Shown one piece after another: positions 12,301 to 23,118 of a stretch of 64,000 nucleotides of DNA. Positions within the stretch are counted from its first letter, which is position 1. Each line of letters opens with the position of its first letter. The notes under the pieces were generated by a model. That model saw only the letters and a list, made by a program, of their open reading frames with translations, made no database searches and had not been told where the DNA came from. The position numbers and the translations under genes were made by a program. The stretch is from the NCBI RefSeq assembly GCF_963921235.1, contig NC_086097.1, positions 200,944,001 to 201,008,000 of the forward strand. Reading direction: 5' to 3'. This DNA comes from Mobula hypostoma (Eukaryota).

Positions 12301-14085
12301 AGGCCTTCTCATGCCCCCTTCTTGCTCTTCTCAGCCCCTTCTTAAGCTCCTTTCTTGCTTCCCTATATTCCTCAATAGACCCATCTGATCCTTGCTTCCT
12401 AAACCTCATGTATGCTGCCTTCTTTCACCTGACTAGATTTTCCACCTCACTTGTCACCCATGGTTCCTTCACCCTACCATTCTTTATCTTCCTCACCGGG
12501 ACAAATTTATCCCTAACATCCCGCAAGAGATCTCTAAACATTGACCACATATCCATAGTACATTTCCCTGCAAAAACATCATCCCAATTCACACCCACAA
12601 GTTCTAGCCTTATAGCCTCATAATTTGCCTTTCCCCAATTAAAAATTCTCCTGTCCTCTCTGATTCTATCCTTTTCCATGATAATGCTAAAGGCCAGGGA
12701 GCGGTGGTCACTGTCCCCCAGATGCTCACCCACTGAGAGATCTGTGACCTGACCCGGTTCATTACCTAGTACTAGATCTAGTATGGCATTCCCCCTCATC
12801 AGCCTGTCCACATACTGTGACAGGAATCCGTCCTGGACATACTTAACAAACTCTGCCCCATCTAAACCCTTGGAACTAATCAGGTGCCAATCAATATTAG
12901 GGAAATTAAAGTCATCCATGATAACAGCCCTGTTATTTTTGCACCTTTCCAAAATCTGCCTCCCAATCTGCTCCTCTGTATCTCTGCTGCTACCAGGGGG
13001 CCTATAGAATACCCCCAATAGAGTAACTGCTCCCTTCCTGTTCCTGACTTCCACCCATACTGACTCAAAAGAGGTTCCTGCTACATTACCCTCCCTTTCT
13101 GTAGCTGTAATAGTATCCCTGACCAGTAATGCCACCCCTCCTCCCCTTTTTCAGCCCTCTCTATCCCTTTTAAAGCACTGAAATCCAGGAATATTGAGAA
13201 TCCATTCCTGCCCTGGTGCCAGCCAAGTCTCTGTAATGGCCACTACATCATAATTCTATGTATGTATCCAAGCTCTCAGTTCATCACCTTTGTTCCTGAT
13301 GCTTCTTGCATTGAGGTACACACACTTCAGCCCTTCTATCTTACTGCCTTTACACCGTTTATACTGCTTCTCTTTCCTCAAAGCCTCTCTGTATGTTAGA
13401 TCTGGCTTTACTCCATGCACTTCTTTCACTGCTCTATTGCTCTGGGGTCCAATGCCTCAATGCCTCATTGTCTCACACAGTTGACTCATCCACTTGTATC
13501 CCAAATTCTGTTTTTGTTGCTCTGTGCATAGTTGATACTCAACGTCTTCATTCATTTCGTCAATATGAGCAACAGAGTTATTATTCAGAGGAATTGATTT
13601 TAAAATATTGGTATCCAATTTGAGAACAGTAGCAAGCACTTCTGATACAGCAGGCATTATTAATCCTTCACCAATTATATGCGATTTTCCACACTTTGCT
13701 ATCATTTTGGAAATGTTATAAAAAACAATGAGACCACTATCAAGGTCGTTTCTCGCATGGCAAATGACTCGAGTAAGCAACGCTTCTCAACTGCTTCTTT
13801 CGTCTTCTAGAACTGAGTAATACCATAAGCAGCTTTTCCAGGGTGTCTTTTACAGAAGTGTTCCTGCAATCTTGGTGGTTTCATGGCTTCATTAGACAGT
13901 ATAGCAGTGCAGGTAAGACGCATGGGATGCCGCTAATCTGACAGGACCGGAATAAAACCATACGCCAGCTATGTAACATTGTATTGACACACTCTCTGTA
14001 GATTCTATTTCTCAGCAGGATTAGAATTCAAGGCTTCAGCACCTTCAGGCTCATAAAGATTATGCCATACGTATTTATCCACCAT
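9305..14085 (-). pseudogene. Buster-type hAT transposase pseudogene (ZBED5/SCAND3-like family), split by a LINE at 10474-13449
   Basis: Motifs ISKMIAKCGKSHIIGEGLIMPA, DNEALLTVYVWFIK (across the insertion), SCATDGASYMTG, LHTELCWLSKG, and C-terminal GDLRLLLSQLKPDI...HQAQGSH*. Many stops and frameshifts. Confidence 0.85.
10474..13449 (-). mobile_element. 5'-truncated CR1 LINE with nearly complete ORF2 (APE + RT)
   Basis: ORF pieces 13135-12425, 12409-11432, 11311-10973 and 10951-10538 share one frame. Motifs GVFYRPP, DFNFP, GNYRPVSL, YMDFSKALDKV, FADD. Heptamer tail (TTCTATG/TTCAATG). Confidence 0.95.
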
Positions 14086-14947
14086 TAATGGGGCTAAATT
14101 TAGATTTAAAAATTAAGACAAATTGGGAATGTCTTTCGGATGTTGATGATGGCAGCGAGTTTTCATGGATGGAATGATGGTAGCGGCATGCAAAGGAACA
14201 GAGAGGCAAAGATGAAGACGATCACAACAGCAAAAATTATGTTGACAAGGATTTAGATTGGAATCTGAATGTTAGTCAGAATAGAGCTGGTGTTCATCAA
14301 GCTGCCTTTATACTATTCCAGTTAGTGGGATTGACCAATCACGTAAGGTCTTATAATCCCTAAAGATGGTTCTTGACTGCACATATGAAGTTGAGGTCAC
14401 TTTGAACATCCTTGGGGTTGGCAGGTTCACTGATTGGTTCTATTTCACTGTTTGGCTCCGGCCAGCTCTGCATTGTTGTGCGAACAGTTTCTCGCAGATT
14501 TGTAGAGGAAGTTGAGAGAGTGTGCAGTACTTGACTTACCGACTGTTAAACTGCATGAACTCGTTCCATGCCGCAAGTCAAGGGGAACTGTTGGGCACCC
14601 TGCTTCGTAATTTATGCATCACCAATAATGTCTGTTTGGTTGGTAAGATTGGATGAGATTGCCGAGTTTCGATGCAATGTGACGACGAGTGCTCACAGCC
14701 TACAGACCTATGGTTCTTCCTGTGTTCCAGTGCCTCATCCCGTATTTTTGGAAGTGCCTGGTCTACCAATGGTCGGTCAATCTTGTGCCTCAAGTTAGGG
14801 TCCTGCTTACTCACCCCTCCTCCCCCCAAGAATCTAGAAAGCCCCCTGATCACTTCTCTTTCCCTGAACACACTCTTAGGACACGTAACAGTACTGCCCC
14901 ATTGGGAATCACTGATTTAGTAGTTTCCCAGCGTACTGTAAATGATG

Positions 14948-15235
14948 CATAAACTCTTCTTGTGCTTCCAGCTGTATCCAAACATTGATTTTAACTGACA
15001 TTTCGATGGTATCTCCACCATCCTCATCCGGGATGATAACTCAGCATGTCTAGTCCAGTGGTATTTATACTCAACTATTAACCAATCAGGAGGGACAGTC
15101 GGGTGGGAGTTGAGCATATACCACCACATTAGACATACCTAGGCATCATCTCTGATGAAGATGGCAGAGTTTGTCATTGAAACATCATTTAAAATCAACA
15201 CCTAGACCTGGCCGGTAGCCCAAGAAGAGTTTATG
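14948..15235. mobile_element. second Penelope-derived inverted-repeat element with two outward-facing hammerhead-like motifs
   Basis: 14948-15037 is a diverged reverse complement of 15145-15235. Each arm has C(T/G)GATGA - stem II - GAAA. Confidence 0.65.
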
Positions 15236-15389
15236 TGAAACAGTATCGATTCAACTGTTTGTCTCTCCCAATTTTAATTCTCATTAAGGATGGCTGAATC
15301 GTTATTATCTCGTTTTATCCAGTGCTCCCAGTACATTACCGAATTCTGCAGTAGCTTTAGTTTGCTGTAAAATAAAATAGCAACATGAC

Positions 15390-15770
15390 AACATTGGAGC
15401 AGAAGTAAGCTATTTAAACACCTCAACCTGCTCTGCTATTCAGTACAAATCTGGCTAATCTCTTTCCACATGCCTTGATGCCTTTTGTATACCAAAATCT
15501 CTCTATCACCTTCTTAAATACATTCAGTGACTTGGCCTCCATTTGGTGTAGTATTCCATCTACAAACATAGAAATTAGGAGCAGGCCATTTGATCCCTCA
15601 ATCTTCTCCACAATTCAGTACAAACTCTAGGGAACGCAAGTATGAACCAGTATTTCATAATAGGAAAGTCGTGCCATCCCAGGAATCAGTCTGATGAGCC
15701 TTCACTACACTCCCTTCAGAAGAATCATATCCTTGCTTAGGTAAAGAAGCAAATCTAATAGTCTTCTCAC
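15390..15770 (-). repeat. old CR1 3' fragments
   Basis: Peptide MEAKSLNVFKKVIERF and a 3'UTR-like gagcagaagtaagctattt. Heavily decayed. Confidence 0.6.
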
Positions 15771-16318
15771 CATTTAAAACTAAGCATGATTTCCCTTTGA
15801 AAAAGATAAATGCTTAATTGAGCTTGTTGTTCACAAACACGGAAGCAAATAGGATAAATACACTGTAAACATTAAACATGGTGAGAAGTTTGTTCCTAAA
15901 ATTTGAACAGTAGTTGTGATTGCAGGATGTTCAGTTTCTCAGACAGAGATAATGTAGCCTTTGCTGTTTGAGCCTTTCTCTCACAGAAGTCACTTTATTT
16001 ACAAATACCTTTCATATCCTCAGAAACCCAAAACATTTCAATGGCATAAAATAGTTTTGAAGTATGATGCTTAGCTGAATACATCATAATATGATGTAAT
16101 GGTCAAATAATCTACTGTTAGTTGTGCTGTTTCAGAGATAAATGTTGATCAAGACAGGAGAGAATTTACCATCCCTTTCAAGACAGTTTTATGGGAATCT
16201 TTATGTCGATCTAAAAGGCAGGCAATTCCGTCATTTAATTTCCCACTGTGAAGGTGGCACCTCTAACAATGTTAACACCCTCTTAATAATGCACCCTCTG
16301 GTCAATTTTTGAATATAT

Positions 16319-16667
16319 CTAGAAACATAGGAAAACCTACAGCACAATACAGGCCCTTCGGCCCACAATGCTGTTCCGAACATGTATTTACTTTAGAAAT
16401 TACCTAGGGTTACCCGTAGCCGTCTAATTTTTTAAGCATCATGTACCTATCCAGGAGCCTCTTAAAAGACCCTATCATATCCGCCTCCACTACCATCAGC
16501 ATTAGCCCATTCCACGCACTCACCACTCTCTACGTAAAAAGTTACCCCTGACATCTCCTCTGTACCTACTTCCAAGCACCTTAAAACTGTGCCCTTTGAT
16601 GCTAGCCATTTCAGCCCTGGGAAAAAACCTCTGACTATCCACACAATCAATGCCTCTCATCATCTTA
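16319..16667 (-). mobile_element. short CR1 3' fragment
   Basis: KMMRGIDCVDSQRFFPRAEMA...GHSFKVLGSRYRGDVRG, with tail tagaaacatag. Confidence 0.85.
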
Positions 16668-16674
16668 ATTTCAG

Positions 16675-16762
16675 GAACAAGGTTTGTCCTTTCAACAATG
16701 GCGAGTGACAAATCTAACAGCAGCTTAAAGTTTGGTCATATTAAACTTAGACCATTAACAGA
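16675..16762 (+). CDS. candidate coding exon (88 nt, phase 1 to 2)
   Basis: Acceptor aatttcag|G and donor AGA|gtgagc. Open reading (G)TRFVLSTMASDKSNSSLKFGHIKLRPLT, in frame with 6673-6723. Confidence 0.3.
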
Positions 16763-17702
16763 GTGAGCTTTCCTTTTTCAATCAATAAAGAATAAGGCGT
16801 GTCCCAAATGATTGTCCCCATCAATTTTGTCATTCTGCAATACAATACCACCCTTGCTGCAGATCAGGAATAACTTCGGCCAGTGCCACAATGACCTTTG
16901 ATACATAAGGTTCCTTCGAGGCTGGATCTTAGGATATTATCAAAATCGTAAAACGTCTTGTACAATGGCAGTAAGAAGGCACTACAGTTAAAGGAAGATG
17001 ACTATGACTAATTTTCCCTTACCTGAAATAGGAAGGTTTTGTTGTGGGAAAGGGTAGAAGCTAAAAGATGCATATAATGCAGAATTGATTGTGGGATAAG
17101 GACGAGATGGAAAGGGGGATTTTTTGTTGAGAACAATGTTTACTTTCATTTTATGCAGCCTTGTTGTTTCTCATGGCTGTGGCCACGTCTGCTCCAATAA
17201 ACAATTGCACCACTTCTTTCCTAGAGGTTAGGACATGTTTGGACATCCTTGCTAGTTGTGGTCAGCAGCTGTTGCTTCTTGATGTATGGACCTTGTTCTG
17301 CAATTAAAAGGAGTAAGGCATTGAATGCTGCTCAATCCTTTGCAATGATGTGGGTGAATTCAATAAGTAGCTGGCAGCTGTGAAAAGTGTGAAATGTTGA
17401 TAAGGCATTTACTTACCTGGACCGCAGAGTAATCGAAATTTGAATGTTAGCTATGAATCCTGATTGATAGTGATCATCTTTATGTAAGTGATGGAGGTGT
17501 ACTTGGTAAGATGTGGCATTTAAAGACGTGTTTACTGAACATGGTTGTATTTTAGGAAGTTACTGAATTTTTGTGGAACTGCATCTAGTCTTTGGGGCCT
17601 TCCATGATCTGTATTGCTATTTGCTCGTACTCTTTTTCAAGTGTGCATTCAAAGAACCTCCAGCTCCCTTCTGATGTAGAACATCTTTCCTACTTACTAC
17701 CT

Positions 17703-20470
17703 TAGACCATAAGACCATAAGACATAGGAGGAGAATTAGGCCATTCAGCCCATCGAGTCTGCTCTGCCATTTCATCATGGTTCATTTAATATGCCTCTTA
17801 ATCCCACTCTCCTGATTTCTCTGTGCAACCTTTGCCATCCTTACTAAACAAGAATGTATCAACCTCTGCTTTAAATATATTCAATGACTTGGCCTGCTCA
17901 GCTGGTTGTGGCAATGAATTCTACAGATTCACCACTCTCTGGCCTCAAAAATTCCTCTTTACTTCTGTCCTAAAGGGACATCCTTCTATTCTGAGGTTGT
18001 GACTTCTGGTCCTAGACTCTCCCACCACAAGAAACATCTTCTCCACATCCACTCTATCTAGGCCTTTTAATATTCATAGGTTTTAATGAGATACCCCCAC
18101 GACCCCACATTCTCCCATTCTTCTAAACTCCAGTGAGTATAGGCCCAGAAGGTCCAGAGCCATCAAATTCTCCTCCTATGTTACATAGAAACATAGAAAA
18201 TAGGTGCAGGAGTAGGCCATTCGGCCCTTCGAGCCTGCATCGCCATTTATTATGATCATGGCTGATCATCCAACTCAGAACCCCGCCCCAGCCTTCCCTC
18301 CATACCCCCTGACCCCTGTAGCCACAAGGGCCATATCTAACTCCCTCTTAAACATAGCCAATGAACTGGCCTCAACAGTTTCCTGTGGCAGAGAATTCCA
18401 CAGATTCACCACTCTCTGTGTGAAGAAGTTTTTTCTAATCTCGGTCCTAAATGGCTTCCCCTCTATCCTCAAACTGTGACCCCTCATTCTGGACTTCCCC
18501 AACATCGGGAACAATCTTCCTGCATCTAGCCTGTCCAATCCCTTTAGGATCTTATACATTTCAATCAGATCCCCCCTCAATCTTCTAAATTTCAACGAGT
18601 ACAAGCCTCGTTCATCCAATCTTTCTTCATATGAAAGTCCTGCCATCCCAGGAATCAATCTTGTGAACCTTCTTTGTACTCCCTCTATGGCAAAGATGTC
18701 TTTCCTCAGATTAGGGGACCAAAACTGCACACAATACTCCAGGTGTGGTCTCACCAAGGCCTTGTACAACTGCAGTAGTACCTCCCTGCTCCTGTACTCG
18801 AATCCTCTCGCTATAAATGCCAGCATACCATTCGCCTTTTTCACCGCCTGCTGTACCTGCATGCCCACTTTCAATGACTGGTGTATAATGACACCCAGGT
18901 CTCGTTGCACCTCCCCTTTTCCTAATCGGCCACCATTCAGATAATAATCTGTTTTCCTATTTTTGCCACCAAAGTGGATAACTTCACATTTATCCACATT
19001 AAATTGCATCTGCCATGAGTTTGCCCACTCACCCAACCTATCCAAGTCACTCTGCATCCTCTTAGCATCCTCCTCACTGCTAACACTGCCACCTAGCTTC
19101 GTGTCATCCGCAAACTTGGAGATGCTGCATTTAATTCCCTCATCCAAGTCATTAATATATATTGTAAACAACTGGGGTCCCAGCACTGAGCCTTGCGGTA
19201 CCCCACTAGTCAGCGCCTGCCATTCTGAAAAGGTCCCGTTTATTCCCACTCTTTGCTTCCTGTCTGCTAACCAATTCTCCACCCACACCAATACCTTACC
19301 CCCAATACCGTGTGCTTTAAGTTTGCACACTAATCTCCCGTGTGGGACCTTGTCAAAAGCCTTTTGAAAATCCAAATATACCACATCCACTGGTTCTCCC
19401 CATCCACTCTACTAGTTACATCCTCAAAAAATTCTATGAGATTCGTCAGACATGATTTTCCTTTCACAAATCCATGCTGACTTTGTCCGATCATTTCACC
19501 GCATTCCAAATGTGCTGTTATCACATCCTTGATAACTGACTCCAGCAGTTTCCCCACCACCGACGTTAGGCTAACCGGTCTATAATTCCCCGGTTTCTCT
19601 CTCCCTCCTTTTTTAAAAAGTGGGGTTACATTAGCCACCCTCCAATCCTCAGGAACTAGTCCAGAATCTAACGAGTTTTGAAAAATTATCACTAATGCAT
19701 CCACTATTTCTTGGGCTACTTCTTAAGCACTCTAGGATGCAGACCATCTGGCCCTGGGGATTTATCTGCCTTCAATCCCTTCAATTTACTTAACACCACT
19801 TCCCTACTAACATGTATTTCACTCAGTTCCTCCATCTCACTGGACCCTCTGTCCCTTACTATTTCTGGAAGATTATTTATGTCCTTCTTAGTGAAGACAG
19901 AACCAAAGTAATTATTCAATTGGTCTGCCATGTCCTTGCTCCCCATAATCAATTCACCTGCCAGGATATTGGTCCCCCTAGGATTCAAGTGTAACCCGTC
20001 CTTTTTGTACAGGTCACGCCTGCGCCAAAAGAGGTCCCAATGATCCAAAAACTTGAATCCCTGCCCCCTTCTCCAATCCCTCAGCCACACATTTATCCTC
20101 CACCTCATCGCATTCCTACTCTCACTGTCGCGTGGCAGTTAACTCTTTCATTCCTGGGATCATTTTAGTCAACCTCTTCTGGATCTTCCCCAATGCCAGC
20201 TCATCCTTTCATAGACAAGGAACCCAAAACTACTCATAATACTCCCAGTGCAGTCTGACCAATATTTTATAAAGCCTCAGGACTACATCCTTGCTTTTAT
20301 ATTCTGGTCCTCTCGAAATAAATGCTAACATTGTATTTGACTTCCTTACCTCTGGCTCAACCAGCAAGTAAACCTTTAGGGAACCTTGCTTGAGGACTCC
20401 CAAGACCCTTTGCACCTTTGATTTTGAATTTACCCCATGTTTAGAAAATACTCCACCTTTTCTTCCATTG
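17703..20470 (-). mobile_element. older CR1 3' fragment split by a younger CR1 (host pieces 17703-18183 and 20138-20470)
   Basis: Tail (agaccata)n. The rejoined sequence ctcctcctatGTTAactctttcattcc is colinear with the related copy at about 45670-45700. Confidence 0.85.
18184..20137 (-). mobile_element. young CR1 LINE with internal deletion (ORF1 esterase end fused to ORF2 RT half)
   Basis: 371-aa RT/C-terminal ORF at 19390-18275. ORF 20108-19716 joins DGLHLNPRGTNILAG to ELIMGSKDMADQLNNYFGSVFT. GTTA occurs at both junctions. Confidence 0.92.
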
Positions 20471-21999
20471 CAGTATCGAAATACTTCAGAGCTGAGCCAG
20501 ACTGATTGAATTGAGGTCTTCATTGTTTCCCAGATCAAAGTGTCTACCTGAATGATTCTCAAAATCTTCTCCAGCAATATAAACACTCCTTTTGAGTTGC
20601 AGCTTAAAGTTTAAGATAGTAAAGTTGCAGCAGGAAATTCAGGTATTATGTCTCCTGATGATGTGCACAGCTCGTAAACAATACAGTCAGAATTGGCTAT
20701 ATGGAGCAATAATATTACTAAGTACATAATTAGTTGGTACACTGTAGGCATTTCAGATAACCGCGAATTTCTGTCCCTTCTTCTTTTTCCCATGTCATCC
20801 CAACTTATCCTTTGAGAACTCTAAATAGCACCTTATCTGGTCAGTTTTTTTTATTCATTGTGTCTTTCCAACAGCACAACAGGGACTACACTATGAAGCA
20901 CTTTATTGGCTGTAAATGACTTTGAATTTTTGAATATTATGAAAAGTATCATAAAAATGCAATGTCTTTTTCTGTAAATTTGTGAAACTTGTCATTTGTA
21001 ATACTTCTGTCTAATCTAGCATAAATGATCATGTGCTCTAGTCACCATGATACACATCATATTGAGGAAAAATCAGAACAGAATCTATGCTGAATTTGAA
21101 ACTGTTTCTGTGCTACTAATTGTATTCGGAGTGATGGGTGGTTCTGATGTCAGGGGATTGAAATCTCACTGCAAGTTATTATTGTTTCTGGTAAGTGGCT
21201 GAAGTCAGAGATACAAATGTGTGCAGAAAATCATATAGTTATAGAGTTTTTACTTCCTCACTGATGAATGCATTTGTGAATTTGCTTAATGGAAGCTACA
21301 ATAACTATTCATACATAATGAAACACAATGTTCAATAATGCATCATTATACTGGGAACCTAACACATTTAGTACAACAATTTCATTATTAAGCATAACAA
21401 ACTTGCTTTGATCTCTGTGTAAATGCCAAATGATACCACTGTTAAGTGTATCAAGCATCAAGTGTTAAGCACCTACATATGTGGGTAAAAGAAGTCTCTG
21501 ATTGGATGGAAAGTAGTCATTACCTTCTTATAACCACATACACAACTTAAACTCACCAGGGGCCTTGCTCTTTTTTCCCCAGTTCCTGGCTACAGAACAC
21601 TTTCATTGGCATAAAAGACAATGGAGAACTGTTAAGCTGAATTAGCCCATAAGGGATTTGGAATTCTCTGCTGGCTCAAATTTGGATCAAAAATCCAGTG
21701 ATATTTTGCTTTGGCTGTTGCAACAAACTTGCTTAGTCCGTTTAATTTTATTTGCTGAAATGTCATCCCAATTATTTGATGCCATACTTACACTAAAGCT
21801 ATCCAGCCTACCTTTTTCCCTTTTCCAAATGCAGTGAAGAAACGAGAGTTAGCTACTGTTTTCAGAATGAGCATTTAGCTGATATACATCCGAATTTATC
21901 ACCTTGGTACAAAAGAAGAACACATCAAGAATAGTAGAAATTAAGGTAAACAAAGTTCAATGTTGTAGAAAGTATTTTTCACATAAGCAACCAAAGAGG

Positions 22000-23118
22000 A
22001 ATTGGCCAGAATTGATTGGAAAAAAGAACACTGGCAGGGATGATGGCAGAGCAGCAATGGCTGTAATTTCTGGAAGCAATTCGGAAGGTACAGGATATAT
22101 ACATCCCAAAGAGGAAAAAGTATTCTCAAGAAAAGATGACACAACCGTGGCTAACAAGGGAAGTCAAAACTAAAATAAAAACCAAAGAGAGGATATATAA
22201 AGAGCAAAGATTAGTAGGAAGTTTGAGGATTGGGAAGCTTTTAAATCCAACAGAAGGTAACTAAAAAAGCAATTAAGAAGGCAAAGATAGAATATAAAAG
22301 TAAGCTAGCGAATAATATTAAAGAGGATACCAAATGTTTCTTCAGATACATGAAGTTTTAAAGAGAGGCGAGAATGGATTTGGACCACTGGAAAATGATG
22401 CTGGAGAGGTAGTAATGGGGGACAAGGAAATGGAAGATGAGCTGAATAAGTATTTTGCATTGATTTTCAATGTGCAAGATACCAGCATTTTGGTGGAAGT
22501 TCCAGGTGTCGGGGGCATGAAGTGTTTGAAGTTACCATGATTAGAGAGAAGGTTCTTGGGAAACTGAAAGGTCTGAAAGTAGATAAGTGACCTGGACCAG
22601 ATGGTGTACAACCCAAAGAGGTGGCTGAAGAGATTGTGGGGGCATTAGTAATGATCTTTCAAGAACACTAGATTCTGGGATGGCTCCAGAAGACTAGAAA
22701 GTTGCAAATATTATTCCATTCTTCAAGAAGGGAGAGAGGCAGAGGAAAGGAATGGTAAAAGGCCTTGACAGAGTGCATGTGGAGAGGATGTTTCTTATGG
22801 TAGGATAGTCTAAGACCAGAGGACACAGCTCCAGAATAGAGATGCATCCTTTTAGAATGGACATGCAGAGGAATTTCTTGAGCCAGAGAGTGGTAAATCT
22901 GTGGAATTCATTGTCAAGGGCAGCTGTAGAGGCCAAGTCTTTATGCATGTTTAAGGCAGAGATTGATAGATTCTTGATTGGTCAGGGCATGAAGGGATAT
23001 GGGGAGCAGGCAGGAAATTGGGGATGAAAGGAAAATTGGATCAGCCATGATGAAAATGACAGAGCAGACTCAATGGGCCAAATAACCTAATTCTGTTCCT
23101 ATATCTTATGGTCTTCTG
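22000..23118 (+). mobile_element. decayed CR1 fragment with most of RT deleted
   Basis: GPLENDAGEVVMGDKEMEDELNKYF, then a jump near 22755 to the ORF2 C-terminus (QRVVNLWNSL) and tail tcttatggtct. Confidence 0.85.

Larger units (their letters stand above)
9092..14914 (-). mobile_element. hAT DNA transposon, Buster/Charlie group, degenerate, interrupted by a CR1
   Basis: TIRs cactgtttcccaa (9092) and ttgggaatcactg (ends 14914) match 11/13. 8-bp flanks atcTAgtg and attTAgta match 6/8 with the central TA typical of Buster. Transposase remnants lie inside. Confidence 0.85.

Noticed and set aside
11135..13007. Several + strand ORFs overlapping CR1 ORF2 (also at 18663-19367 and 27062-27487)
   Set aside because: Antisense shadows of LINE coding sequence.
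14270..14890. Possible LTR inside the hAT 5' region (ends acacgtaaca followed by gtac)
   Set aside because: No matching TG start with a consistent TSD could be located.
17410..17465. Strong minus-strand donor CAG|gtaagta
   Set aside because: No convincing upstream acceptor or partner exons found.
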